Assembly (NCBI RefSeq): GCF_055900595.2
Contig: NZ_JBVWEU010000003.1
DNA: 64,000 bases
Direction: 5' to 3' (one strand)
Source: a plasmid
In this document: positions 10,350 through 19,777 of the stretch, piece after piece
Position numbering within the stretch: the stretch's first letter is position 1
How the letters are laid out: the number at the start of each line of letters is the position of its first letter
The notes under the pieces: model-generated
Databases searched by the model: none
The model's input: the letters and a program-made list of their open reading frames with translations, nothing else
Told to the model about the DNA's origin: nothing
Made by a program: the position numbers and the translations under genes

Positions 10350-10561
10350 TCATTCTGCTGATGAGCAGTTGCTTAATACAGGTCTGTCATTCCCTTCTAC
10401 CAGATCGGCTTTTTTCCCTTTTGTGTACAGTTTATATGAGTAGTTTTTGTTGATGGCTTCGTAATTCGCTCCGGAGGCCATTTTCATAAGCTGCATGGGT
10501 ATCATCTCATCCATCTGATTTATCACTGCATAGGAGTTTCCGGCAGTGGTGTTGATATAGA
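10350..10561 (-). pseudogene. mliC-like lysozyme inhibitor gene, C-terminal part (displaced by the IS66 insertion)
   Basis: Minus-strand translation from the target duplication gives …YINTTAGNSYAVINQMDEMIPMQLMKMASGANYEAINKNYSYKLYTKGKKADLVEGNDRPVLSNCSSAE*, with the MliC-type SGA.Y motif; in frame with the N-terminal part at 13261-13395. Confidence 0.6.
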
Positions 10562-10591
10562 GTAAGCGGCTCGTCAGAACCGTATTGATAT

Positions 10592-12163
10592 TTACTGAGA
10601 GCTCAGATCAACTTTCCAGGGCAACAGATCGCGTACCCGGTTTGCCGACCAGTCCTGGATATGTTCAATGACGTAACGCAGCCACTTTTCTGGCTCCACA
10701 TTGTTCAGACGGCATGTGCCGATCAGCGAGTACAACACCGCCGCATGTTCACCACCGCTGTCGGAACCCGCGAACATCCAGTTTTTCCGGCCTACGGCCA
10801 CTCCCCGTAAGGCGTTCTCTGCGATGTTGTTGTCGATTTCCACCCAGCCATTACTGCAGTACACGTTCAGTGCATCCCACTGTTTCAGCAGGTATGCGAA
10901 CGCTTTTGCCGTATCTGAGTGACGCGACAGTGTTTTCATCTGAGTCTGTATCCAGTCGTACAGTGACTGCATCAGTGGCGCAGCTCTGGCTTTTCTTGCC
11001 GCCAGACGCTGTTCTGCTGAACATCCCCGGACCTCTGCCTCGATTGCATACAGTTCACCGATACGCTGCAGGGCTTCCGTGGTGATATCGGTAGGCGCTC
11101 TTGCATGCACATCGTGGATTTTTCTCCGGGCATGGGCCATACACGCGGCTTCCGTTATTCTGCCGGATTCGTATAACGCCCGGTAACCACCGTAAGCATC
11201 GGCCTGAAGCACACCGCTGTAACCGGCCAGGTGATTCTGTGGATGGATACCTTTCCGGTCCGGGCTGTACGCGAACCAGACCGCCGGGGGCATCTGTGAA
11301 CCGGTGTTACGGTCATCACGGACGTAAACCCACAGCCGGGCAGTTCTTGTTTTACCACTGCCCGGCTCCTGGACCGGAACGGGGATATCATCCGCATGGA
11401 CTTTACCGGGCATCAGCACATACTGGCGCAGCACGTCATACAGCGGCTCCAGCAGTTCAGCAACGGCACTGGTCCAGCGCCCCAGCGTGGCGCGGCTCAG
11501 TTCCACGCCCTGACGACGGTATATTTCTGACTGGCGGTATAACGGCAGATGGTCTGCATACTTCCCGGTGACGATATGAGCCAGAAGCCCCGCTCCGGCA
11601 TAACTGCGTGCAATGGGTTTTGAAGGTACTGGTGCCTGCACGATATGGTCGCACCGGCAACAGGCCAGTTTCGGACGTTGTGTTTCGATAACCTTAAAGG
11701 CGCTGCTGATAAGCTCCAGTTGCTCTGACACATCACATCCCAGAGAACTGAGTTCGCCACCACAAGCCGGGCAGCATTCCTCTTCCGGCCGGATAACCCG
11801 GGATTCACGGGGAAGTGCAGCCGGTAACGGTTTACGGGCTGAAGACTGGCGCAGGGAAGATGGCAGTGCCGGGTCATATTGCTCACCCAGTGTTTCCGCC
11901 ATTTCTTCCTGAAGTGCGCTGATTCGCTCCTGTGCTTCCTGTATCTGTCGTTCGGTTTTTGCGCGAAGTTTTTCTGAGCTTTTACCGAACTGCATGCGCT
12001 GCAGTTTTGCAACCAGCGCCTTCAGCCGGTTGATTTCAGAAGCATAAGCCGCCACCCGCTGTGAGAGCAGGCAATTGTATTCGGCCATCTGGCGGATGGT
12101 GTCCTGTTGCGCCTGCAACAGTGCCCGCAGGCGGGCGTTCTCATGAGCAAGTGAGGTGTCCAT
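10592..12163 (-). CDS. tnpC: IS66-family transposase TnpC
   Basis: 523 aa with an N-terminal coiled coil, a Cys cluster (CPACGG…CCRCDH) and a DDE-type core characteristic of IS66 TnpC. Confidence 0.9.
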   Translation of the reverse strand: MDTSLAHENARLRALLQAQQDTIRQMAEYNCLLSQRVAAYASEINRLKALVAKLQRMQFGKSSEKLRAKTERQIQEAQERISALQEEMAETLGEQYDPALPSSLRQSSARKPLPAALPRESRVIRPEEECCPACGGELSSLGCDVSEQLELISSAFKVIETQRPKLACCRCDHIVQAPVPSKPIARSYAGAGLLAHIVTGKYADHLPLYRQSEIYRRQGVELSRATLGRWTSAVAELLEPLYDVLRQYVLMPGKVHADDIPVPVQEPGSGKTRTARLWVYVRDDRNTGSQMPPAVWFAYSPDRKGIHPQNHLAGYSGVLQADAYGGYRALYESGRITEAACMAHARRKIHDVHARAPTDITTEALQRIGELYAIEAEVRGCSAEQRLAARKARAAPLMQSLYDWIQTQMKTLSRHSDTAKAFAYLLKQWDALNVYCSNGWVEIDNNIAENALRGVAVGRKNWMFAGSDSGGEHAAVLYSLIGTCRLNNVEPEKWLRYVIEHIQDWSANRVRDLLPWKVDLSSQ

Positions 12164-12182
12164 ATCCTCACTTTACAACGGG

Positions 12183-12530
12183 TTATATGCGGATTCCAGC
12201 GCGTTCCGTTCGTTTTGGATGTTTCCAGTCGATGCCCTCAAGAAGCATGGATAACTGGGCCGGAGTAAGGTGCACCTTGCCGTCACGGGTGACCGGCCAG
12301 ACGAAGCGGCCCCGCTCCAGGCGTTTGGTGAAGAGGCACAGTCCGTCGCTGTCAGCCCACAACACTTTTATCTGGTCACCCCGGCGTCCGCGGAAGATGA
12401 ACAGGTGTCCGGAGAACGGGTCATTCTTCAGGACGTTCTGAACTTTTGAGGCCAGGCCGTTAAAGCCATTTCGCATGTCGGTGATACCGGCAACCAGCCA
12501 GATACGCGAACCTGCAGGGAGAGATATCAT
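12183..12530 (-). CDS. tnpB: IS66 Orf2 (TnpB)
   Basis: 115 aa with the conserved IS66 Orf2 signature (WLVAGITDMRNGFNGLA…GHLFIFRGRRGDQIKVLWAD). Confidence 0.9.
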   Translation of the reverse strand: MISLPAGSRIWLVAGITDMRNGFNGLASKVQNVLKNDPFSGHLFIFRGRRGDQIKVLWADSDGLCLFTKRLERGRFVWPVTRDGKVHLTPAQLSMLLEGIDWKHPKRTERAGIRI

Positions 12531-13207
12531 CAGTGGCTGCTCCCTTTCATTTCGCGGATAAGTGTCTGTAATAAGGCCGGTGTCAGTTCACCTTTCAGCC
12601 TGAGAGTTCCGGCCGGCAGAACCAGCTCACAGCACAGACTGTCGGACGGTGTATTTATCTGCTCTGGTTCCTGTGCCGGAGCCGGGATTTTATTATCCGG
12701 CTCCGGCGTTAACGTCACGGGAAGCAGTGCAGGCATATTTTTTCCGGAAGGCAGCAGGCCACCTTTCCGGTATTGATGGCGCCAGTTGAAGAGCAGGTTA
12801 TCGTTGATTCCGTTTTCACGGGCGATCTGCGCCACACAGGCTCCGGGCTGCAGTGACTGCTCCACTAAGGCGATTTTAAACTCATAAGGAAAATTAGGCC
12901 GCCGGGGACGTTTTTTTACCACCGGGACTTCGGACATAACGGTGTTTTCAGTAAGTACGACAGGTACTGTGGAGGCACTCCCGTAAAGACGGGCATCAAG
13001 TTCCCGCTCCGACATACCTGCGGGAAGAGGCCATGAAAGGCCAGCTTTGCGGAAGCGCACGAACATACCACAAACTGTTGATTTTGGTACGCCCAGGCGA
13101 CGTCCGGCCACAATCCGTGGTAAATGTTCTTCAAAGTGAAGACGTAAAGCTTCGGTGATCCAGGTCCGGTATTCCATACGATAGTGTCCATTAAAAATGA
13201 TGGACAT
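12530..13207 (-). CDS. tnpA: IS66 Orf1 (TnpA-like) with N-terminal HTH
   Basis: 225 aa; sits first in the three-gene IS66 arrangement and overlaps Orf2 by one base. Confidence 0.7.
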   Translation of the reverse strand: MSIIFNGHYRMEYRTWITEALRLHFEEHLPRIVAGRRLGVPKSTVCGMFVRFRKAGLSWPLPAGMSERELDARLYGSASTVPVVLTENTVMSEVPVVKKRPRRPNFPYEFKIALVEQSLQPGACVAQIARENGINDNLLFNWRHQYRKGGLLPSGKNMPALLPVTLTPEPDNKIPAPAQEPEQINTPSDSLCCELVLPAGTLRLKGELTPALLQTLIREMKGSSH

Positions 13208-13395
13208 TATTTTTGTGGAGCCGGAGGAAACAGACCAGACGGTTCAGATGAGGCGCTTACGATATAGACAACCTCCATTGTCTTGTTTCCATCACAGACA
13301 TAGGCTTTTTTTGAGATTTCTTGTGTGGCAGCGGAGGCTGTCATACAGGAGCAGGCGAGAATGAGTGCAAGGACGGCTGAAGAATATTTTTTCAT
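13207..13395 (-). pseudogene. mliC-like lysozyme inhibitor lipoprotein gene, N-terminal part interrupted by IS66
   Basis: Signal peptide with lipobox (LILACSCMTA) then YVCDGNKTMEVVYI; the original frame leaves at the target duplication and the ORF runs on into IS66 sequence. Confidence 0.6.
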
Positions 13396-13848
13396 AACAA
13401 CTCCTTCTGTAGGTTAAAAAGAGAGGTGCTTTGCCGGAGTTATATTAATAATTCATTCATCAGAGAAAACTTTTTTTTGTTACGGCAATAATAATGAGAC
13501 AATTCCAGGTAAGCCCGGTGCCGTTCTACGGTTGCACCGGGAGGGCTGGAACTCAGTGCGGAGATTTTTTACCATCCTGGTGATATAAATGATCATGTGC
13601 TGTTTTGCGGTCCCTGTATATGCCCATTAGACTGGCCCCCTGAATCTCCAGACAACCAGTATCACTTAAATAAGTGATAGTCTTAATACTAGTTTTTAGA
13701 CTAGTCATTGGAGAATGTAATGAACGCATCCCAACTATTTGAGTATGAAGCCGGGGTTGGCAGGAAAAGTGTGGAGCCTCGCAGATTTCCGGCATCATAG
13801 TGCCCAATACGGGATGCATAAAGCTCCCTCAGACTGGAGACTCCACAA

Positions 13849-14436
13849 ATGAAATATACACCGGTTGGCGTTGATATCGCAAAACATGTCATTCAGGTTC
13901 ACTTCATCAATGAGCACACAGGGGAAGTGGTGGATAAGCAGGTTCGTCGTCAGGATTTTCTGGCGTATTTCAGTAACCGCGAACCCTGCCTGATTGGCAT
14001 GGAAGCTTGTGGAGGCTCCCTGCACTGGGCGCGTGAATTAACAAAGCAGGGACACAAAGTCCGATTGTTGCAGGCTCGCTTCGTTAAAGCATTCGTCATG
14101 GGCAATAAGAATGACGTGATGGATGCGCGAGCTATCTGGATGGCGGTACAGCAGCCAGGCAAAGAAATCGCCGTCAAAACAGAAGAACAACAGTCAATAC
14201 TGGTTCTGCACCGTTCCCGCAGACAACTGGTGAAGTTCCGGACCGCGCAAATTAATGCCCTGCACGGGAGGTTACTGGAGTTTGGTGAAACCATTTCTTT
14301 TTCAGTCTGTATCGCAGAACTGCGTAATAATCTGAAGGAGAACTCTTCCTGGCTGGTTGCTCTCTGTGATTTCATTTTTGCACGTTTCAGGCAGTGCTGT
14401 ATTCGTCTCTGGATACAGATCCGATCATCTTCCTGA
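13849..14436 (+). pseudogene. IS110-family transposase, truncated or frameshifted
   Basis: The first ~150 aa (MKYTPVGVDIAKHVIQVHF…GMEACGGSLHWAREL…) match the IS110-family DEDD N-terminal domain; the ORF stops at 195 aa with a non-conserved tail. Confidence 0.55.
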
Positions 14437-14551
14437 AGGTAGTTCAGCAGCAATTCCTGCCAGCGTGCAGCGGCTCTGCGCCATAATCCCCGCTGTTCGA
14501 GCTCTTCAGCTTTTTTATCAGTAATCATATTCACCTCTGCTCTGGTCGGTC

Positions 14552-15352
14552 ATGCTTTCTTCCCGGTATGTTATAGTTATTAAGATACTTTTGTCCCTGT
14601 TCTGTTCCGGAGTGAACATGATTTTTGTCTGTTCTGTTGTACTGGCTGGCAGGGCATTCACCCTGCAGTTTGCCGGGAAAATGCTGTCCCTTTCTGCAGG
14701 AGATGTGCTTCTGATTGATGATGCTGATCGTGAGGATTTTCAGCCTCATGCTGAGCATATCACTGAGGTGAGGCTGGATGAAAATATCATCCGCAGATAT
14801 CTGGAGAGTTGTGGCGGCAACCGGGAGGCCGACAACACGGTTTCTTCTGGTTTCATCAGAGTGGCCTTTGCTCATCCTGCGTTGTTGCGTGACGTTATGC
14901 ATCATCTGAATTCGGGAGGATTTGTTCATCCCGGATTTTCCGAGCAGATGTTTTTTTCCTGCATTGCTGTCTTTGCATCAAAAAAAGGCTTTCTTCCTTT
15001 GTTGCTGGGCGGAATGCTTTCTGTGGCCGGGAGAGTGAGGCATATCATCTGTACTGACCTTTCACGCCAGTGGAAGCTGCGGGATGTCAGCAGTCGTTTG
15101 TATATGAGTGAAAGTCAGCTGAAAAAGAAACTGAAGGAAGAAGGATGTTCGTTCACCGGAGTGCTTCTGGATGTGAGAATGGGCTATGCACGCCGTCTGT
15201 TACAGGCCCGTCTGCCGGTCAACAGGGTGGCCGCGCAGTGTGGTTATGTAAGCACATCTTATTTTATCTGCGTGTTCAGGGAATGTTTTGGCGTCACGCC
15301 TCACAGGATGCTGGCGCTTCAGGAGCACGGGCAGCATAAAAGTGAATGCTGA
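14552..15352 (+). CDS. AraC-family transcriptional regulator
   Basis: C-terminal double HTH (RDVSSRLYMSESQLKKKLKEEG…VAAQCGYVSTSYFICVFRECFGVTP); the true start may be the internal MIFVC. Confidence 0.7.
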   Translation: MLSSRYVIVIKILLSLFCSGVNMIFVCSVVLAGRAFTLQFAGKMLSLSAGDVLLIDDADREDFQPHAEHITEVRLDENIIRRYLESCGGNREADNTVSSGFIRVAFAHPALLRDVMHHLNSGGFVHPGFSEQMFFSCIAVFASKKGFLPLLLGGMLSVAGRVRHIICTDLSRQWKLRDVSSRLYMSESQLKKKLKEEGCSFTGVLLDVRMGYARRLLQARLPVNRVAAQCGYVSTSYFICVFRECFGVTPHRMLALQEHGQHKSEC

Positions 15353-15535
15353 GTTTGAATTATTCTGAAGAACGGCGGGCATTTTATGGAAACGGCACAT
15401 TTCCGTGTCTCTGTGGTCATTCCCGATTGCTGTTGACGCATCGCCACTCACCGGAAATGTGCCGGAATATTTTAATCGTTCTTCACCGTCTGTGAAGGTC
15501 CTGTGCTTACATTGCTGAGCGGAAAATGGCTGGTA

Positions 15536-15573
15536 GGGGTTTGAGGTCCAGTGGAACGAAAACGTACGCTAAG
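15536..15573. mobile_element. Tn3-family 38-bp terminal inverted repeat (GGGGTTTGAGGTCCAGTGGAACGAAAACGTACGCTAAG)
   Basis: Matches the Tn3/Tn21-type IR consensus (GGGG…GGAACGAAAAC…ACGCTAAG) read directly from the sequence; the element interior lies to the right. Confidence 0.6.
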
Positions 15574-15662
15574 AGAGTAATTCGTTGTTTTTAAATAGCT
15601 TAATACGTTGAATCCGGGAGAGTTTAGCCTTCCCGGATTAGATGCGACGTAATCCCATTACC

Positions 15663-15880
15663 TCACATTCAGCGATAAACCGAACGTGCAATGCGGGTAT
15701 ATGTATGCCTGACTCCGCGAATGGCAATACTATAAGCTAGGATGTTCTCCGGTAGTGCCATCCCCATATAGCCGGTATCACCAATATGGTGCAGATCGGC
15801 CCCTGCCATTTTGCTCATTAACGCTATTTGACGAATGGTGCTTATATCAGCACCTTCCTGGCGGTTCCGGCGTAGAACCC
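15663..15880 (-). pseudogene. Probable 3' remnant of a Tn3-family tnpA
   Basis: A minus-strand frame ending ~90 bp inside the IR, oriented as tnpA is relative to its IR; assignment rests on context, not on recognised sequence; truncated before the par iterons. Confidence 0.3.
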
Positions 15881-15934
15881 CCTATTAATATTTGTTTTGT
15901 TTTAGGTTCTATTCAACATAGGTCATCCTAAAAT

Positions 15935-16015
15935 ATATTGAAGATAACAAGATAACAAGATAACAAGATAACAAGATAACAAGATAACAAGGTGTTATCT
16001 TGTTATCTCAAGGTG
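15935..16015. repeat. Iteron array: tandem 8-bp AAGATAAC units (about 6-7 copies) plus inverted GGTGTTATCTTGTTATC copies, downstream of the par operon
   Basis: Direct read of the sequence; a related array lies upstream at 17065-17120. Confidence 0.6.
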
Positions 16016-16318
16016 TTATCTTTGTTTTACTTCTGCTATCAATCGTGATACCTCTGTTTTTGATAGTGTTTTAAGTGCTTCTACCGCCGCCCTGACAACA
16101 TCAGAACGATTCACTCTGCCTTTACCTGAAACCATCTCAGCCGTTATAAGGGCATCAATGTCTTTTAGGTTTTCTTCAAAAAAAGAAATACTCACTGGTT
16201 TTGCTTTGCTTACAACCGATGATTTATCTGATGACTTTTTGGTATTATCAAGGCCAGCCGTGCCACCGTTAATAAATGCTGCCTCGTCACGAGGTGAAGT
16301 GTTTGCTCTATTTCTCAC
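16016..16318 (-). CDS. Small partition/centromere-binding protein (ParG/ParB-like, tentative)
   Basis: 100 aa, overlaps the parA stop; basic N-terminus; non-ATG (GTG) start per ORF track. Confidence 0.45.
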   Translation of the reverse strand: MRNRANTSPRDEAAFINGGTAGLDNTKKSSDKSSVVSKAKPVSISFFEENLKDIDALITAEMVSGKGRVNRSDVVRAAVEALKTLSKTEVSRLIAEVKQR

Positions 16319-16941
16319 AGAATAACCTCTTTCACTAACGCTTCGATTTCTTGCTGGGCTTTATCATTTTGCGTTTCAAAAATTGTCATTGATTCGGCCC
16401 AAGCATCTCGATGTGCTTTACGATCACATACCCGGGAGTTTGCCAGATGCATTTCAGGGTAATCCTTAAGTACTTCAGCTGCCTCATTGGCTTCATTAAC
16501 AAACATATTTGTGGGCGTCATGTTTAAAACGAGATATCCCCGAACATCCCCATTAAAATCTTTTGCTGCTGTAAAAACGGAGCATGTATGAGGCACAACA
16601 TCCAGGTCCATCTGAGATGGGCGCAAAGGAGAAATGAATACATCTGCGGCCATCAATCCACTACGCATTTCTGCGCTATCACGGCCAGCACAGTCTGCAA
16701 TAACAAAATCATAGGATTTTTCGTGTTCCTTTAACATGGCTTTGATGTTACCTGTCGCGCCTGTAACCGGAATATGAGGGAGATCTTCAGGGCGATTGTT
16801 GTACCAGGTTAATACTGATTTCTGGTCATCTGCGTCGACAATAATCACTCTATTGCCTAGTGACATCAGATACGCAGCTATAGATACCGCCAGTGTACTT
16901 TTACCTACCCCACCCTTTTGACTACCTAATACTATTATCAT
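16315..16941 (-). CDS. parA: ParA-family partition ATPase (type Ib)
   Basis: Deviant Walker A motif KGGVGKST at the N-terminus; 208 aa. Confidence 0.9.
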   Translation of the reverse strand: MIIVLGSQKGGVGKSTLAVSIAAYLMSLGNRVIIVDADDQKSVLTWYNNRPEDLPHIPVTGATGNIKAMLKEHEKSYDFVIADCAGRDSAEMRSGLMAADVFISPLRPSQMDLDVVPHTCSVFTAAKDFNGDVRGYLVLNMTPTNMFVNEANEAAEVLKDYPEMHLANSRVCDRKAHRDAWAESMTIFETQNDKAQQEIEALVKEVIL

Positions 16942-16949
16942 TATAGCCT

Positions 16950-17120
16950 CATATTAAGTTGTTAAGTTAACAACTTAATATTGCCATCTGAACGCGAATC
17001 ATGCAATTATTTTTGTTATATTAACAACTTAACAAGTTATTAAGTATTTGATTTATAGATTAATTAATATAACAAGATAACAAGACAACAAGATAACAAG
17101 ATAACAAGATAACAATATTA
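16950..17120. promoter_or_regulatory. par promoter/operator region with palindromes (AAGTTGTTAAGTTAACAACTTAA) and upstream AAGATAAC iterons
   Basis: Read from sequence immediately upstream of the parA start. Confidence 0.5.
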
Positions 17121-17136
17121 TGGGTGGATTACATAT

Positions 17137-18408
17137 TCATAACTGGGCTACTGGCAAATCTGTCCATCTGGTGGTATACGCAGGAGAAAGCATTTCCCGT
17201 TTCATTTGCCACTCAGGGGCGGTTCCTCGCCCCGCAAACCACACTTTCCCTTTTCCCGACTGGTTCAGTTCATCGAGTGTTTTCATTAACTTTTCACTGT
17301 TTTTACGGGGCTGGATTTCATCAAATAATCCCGGCTGCGCTATACCCGATGGTGTGAAATCAGCCAGCATGACTCCTGCCTTCATATAGCGGTACCCTTC
17401 ACGCCAGACATGGTTTAAGGCCCTGCATGCGGCGGCAATAATGTCCCGGCTGTCCTGTGTGGGCAATGAAAGCTTTTCCACAGCGGCATTGCTGTAACAG
17501 GGTTCTTTTACTGCAAAGGGGGATGTCCGTACAAATGTCGTCACCTGCCGGCAATACTGACGTTCCCCACGTAGTTTCTCTGCGGCCCGCTCTGCATACT
17601 GAACAACAGCCTGGTGCATGGCATCTTTGTCTGTGATTCGTTCACCAAAACTGCGACTACAGACAATCTGCTGTTTTGCCGGTGGTGCTTCTTCCAGGGA
17701 TATGCAGGACTCGCCGTTGAGTTCGCGTACCGTACGCTCAAGAATGACGCTGAAGTTTTTCCGGATGAATGCCGTGTTAGCCTGCGCCAGCTGCAGTGCT
17801 GTGTTAATACCCAGCGCATTCAGCTTTTCCGTCAGTCTGCGTCCTACTCCCCAGACCTCACCAACTGGCTGCAGCCCCAGTAGCTTCAAGATCCGATTAC
17901 GGTTTTCTGCCGTCAGCGCGACCACACCGGAAAACTGTGGCCATTGCTTTGTTGCCCACTGTGCACTTTTAGCCAGCGTTTTTGTAGGCGCAATGCCCAC
18001 CCCCATGGTGAGTCCTGTCCAGCTCTTTACCTGTTCCCTGAGCTGATGACCAAAAACCTCCGGAGAGATGCAATGATTTATCCCCCGCAAATCAATGAAC
18101 ATTTCATCAATTGAGTAGGGCTCAACTGCGGGAGAAAGCGACTCCAGAACAGCCATAACCCGTTGGCTCATGCTGTGGTACAGCGCATAATTGCTGGAAA
18201 ATACATGTATTTTCTTCTCCAGGCGCATCTGTCTCACCTGAAACCAGGGCTGCCCCATTCTGATGCCAAGGGCTTTTGCCTCCGGGCTGCGCGCGATCAC
18301 ACAGCCATCGTTATTGCTGAGTACGATGACCGGTTCGTTGCGAAGGTCCGGGCGGAAAACTTTTTCACATGAGGCGTAGAAACTGTTGATATCAGCCAGT
18401 GCAAACAT
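17137..18408 (-). CDS. impB: Y-family error-prone DNA polymerase subunit (UmuC/MucB/ImpB)
   Basis: 423 aa starting MFALADINSFYASCE…, the conserved Y-family polymerase N-terminus. Confidence 0.9.
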   Translation of the reverse strand: MFALADINSFYASCEKVFRPDLRNEPVIVLSNNDGCVIARSPEAKALGIRMGQPWFQVRQMRLEKKIHVFSSNYALYHSMSQRVMAVLESLSPAVEPYSIDEMFIDLRGINHCISPEVFGHQLREQVKSWTGLTMGVGIAPTKTLAKSAQWATKQWPQFSGVVALTAENRNRILKLLGLQPVGEVWGVGRRLTEKLNALGINTALQLAQANTAFIRKNFSVILERTVRELNGESCISLEEAPPAKQQIVCSRSFGERITDKDAMHQAVVQYAERAAEKLRGERQYCRQVTTFVRTSPFAVKEPCYSNAAVEKLSLPTQDSRDIIAAACRALNHVWREGYRYMKAGVMLADFTPSGIAQPGLFDEIQPRKNSEKLMKTLDELNQSGKGKVWFAGRGTAPEWQMKREMLSPAYTTRWTDLPVAQL

Positions 18409-18845
18409 CAGCGTAACTCCCGCGTCCTGTGTATCACGTGAGTGACAACACCAAAAATACAGATGTTTTCCGGATACAGTGTGCGGAACTCCGGGCTGTC
18501 TGAAACCGGCTCCAGTGCCGGGCGTGGGCGCAACAGCAGTCGTTTGACGGTGAACTCACCGTCGATCTCAGCGATAACGATGTCCCCGTGTTGTGGTTTT
18601 TCGGCCCTGTCCACTACCAGCAGATCACCATTCTGCACGCCAGCCTGGTTCATCGATTCACCGCTGGCGCGCAGAAAGAAGGTGGCTGCAGGTCTGCTGA
18701 TGCAATAGCTGTTCAGATCCAGTTCCTGCTCAGCATAATCAGTGGCAGGCGAAGGAAAACCGGCCTGGCAACGATCGGCAAACAACGGTCGCACGTAACT
18801 GTCATCGCCTGAAGGGTCAGCCGGACGGTGATAAACGGTACTCAT
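18408..18845 (-). CDS. impA: UmuD/MucA/ImpA-like LexA-type self-cleaving protein
   Basis: 145 aa with S24 peptidase-like signatures (GESMNQAG… and a downstream Lys); overlaps the impB start. Confidence 0.85.
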   Translation of the reverse strand: MSTVYHRPADPSGDDSYVRPLFADRCQAGFPSPATDYAEQELDLNSYCISRPAATFFLRASGESMNQAGVQNGDLLVVDRAEKPQHGDIVIAEIDGEFTVKRLLLRPRPALEPVSDSPEFRTLYPENICIFGVVTHVIHRTRELR

Positions 18846-19090
18846 GCTGCAGGCAGCCAGCTGTCGTCCTGCCAGATTTCTTCCAGCAGAGACAGGATAC
18901 GTTCTTTATCCTTGTCGTTGCGGGCTCCTGTGACAGATACAGACGGGGCGCTGCCCTGGTCTATACGCAGCCAGATTTCCGGGTAGTGTGGTTTCAGACG
19001 TTGTTCGATTTCATTCTGTAGCGCCTGAAGTGTGCCTGATTTGAGGTTTTTTGTGCTCTGGCGGTCGAAAAGAATTTCAATGCGGATCAT
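18842..19090 (-). CDS. impC: DinI-like protein (ImpC)
   Basis: MIRIEILFDRQ…LLEEIWQDDSW resembles DinI; start taken at the internal ATG; the longer ORF to 19150 begins with GTG. Confidence 0.65.
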   Translation of the reverse strand: MIRIEILFDRQSTKNLKSGTLQALQNEIEQRLKPHYPEIWLRIDQGSAPSVSVTGARNDKDKERILSLLEEIWQDDSWLPAA

Positions 19091-19113
19091 GTTCTCATCT
19101 CCCTTTTCTTTTG

Positions 19114-19129
19114 CTGTATGTATATACAG
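19114..19129. promoter_or_regulatory. LexA (SOS) box CTGTATGTATATACAG
   Basis: Perfect CTGT-N8-ACAG palindrome immediately upstream of impC. Confidence 0.7.
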
Positions 19130-19777
19130 TATTCTAATAACTGAATCCACACACAGTCAAATGTCATTATTGTGACTAAAAAACGCTCAATTCTCTGAGG
19201 GTGTGGCTGTATGCCTGCTGTGGACTGCTGTGTCCAGCTTATCCACAGCATTTTGCGCACGGTTCTGTGAATAAAATACCTGGTTACCCAGGCCGTGCCG
19301 GCACGTTAACCGGGCTGCATCCAATGCAAGTGTGTCGCTGTCGCCGGCATCCTCACCAGGTCACTCAGCAGTCAGGGAGAAAAATGGCGGATGAAGTATG
19401 ACGGAGACGGTCGGGCAAGTGCCCGTTTCTTTTCCGACAAAGGATGTCGCCGTGCTCCTCTTTTTACTGCGCCGGCTGACGCGGCGCGGCATAAACGCTG
19501 CCTGTGGTCAGTGTCCCGCGTCCGGCGGGCACGGGACGGGCGCTTTTACCGCTCCCGGCTGGCGTCGGTGACAGTGTACGCCAGCCCGTCGCCCTTTTCT
19601 GATGAACGCCCTTCAAGCCGCTTTCGCGGCATAGCCTTGCCGTCAGAAAGACGACGGCTGCGGTATTCCACGGTCGGCCTGACCCGTTACCGGACGCGGT
19701 GAACAGCCCACAGGCAGCGGGGAACGGGCACCACAGGGGTGCCCTCCCGGTGCCTTCTGTAAGAGAAGGAGGCTTTT

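Larger units (their letters stand above)
10562..13260 (-). mobile_element. IS66-family insertion sequence (about 2.7 kb) with 8-bp target duplication GATATAGA
   Basis: Imperfect terminal inverted repeats starting GTAAGCG(G/C)CTC…; the same 8 bp lies at 10554-10561 and 13261-13268 (±1); three ORFs in the order expected for IS66. Confidence 0.85.

Noticed and set aside
10249-10453. Two plus-strand ORFs (64 and 62 aa) near 10250-10450
   Set aside because: They lie antisense to the reconstructed mliC-like C-terminal fragment, which has the better biological support.
11101-12012. Long ORFs on both strands inside the IS66 tnpC region (for example 11101..11571 plus strand, 11497..12012 minus strand)
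   Set aside because: They overlap the well-supported tnpC frame in a GC-rich region where random long ORFs are common; no recognisable motifs.
13553-13892. Minus-strand ORFs just upstream of the IS110-family transposase
   Set aside because: Short, overlapping, no motifs; likely noncoding IS-flanking sequence.
15935-16015. AAGATAAC tandem array considered as a CRISPR-like array
   Set aside because: 8-bp units without spacers, flanking a par operon; fits partition-site iterons.
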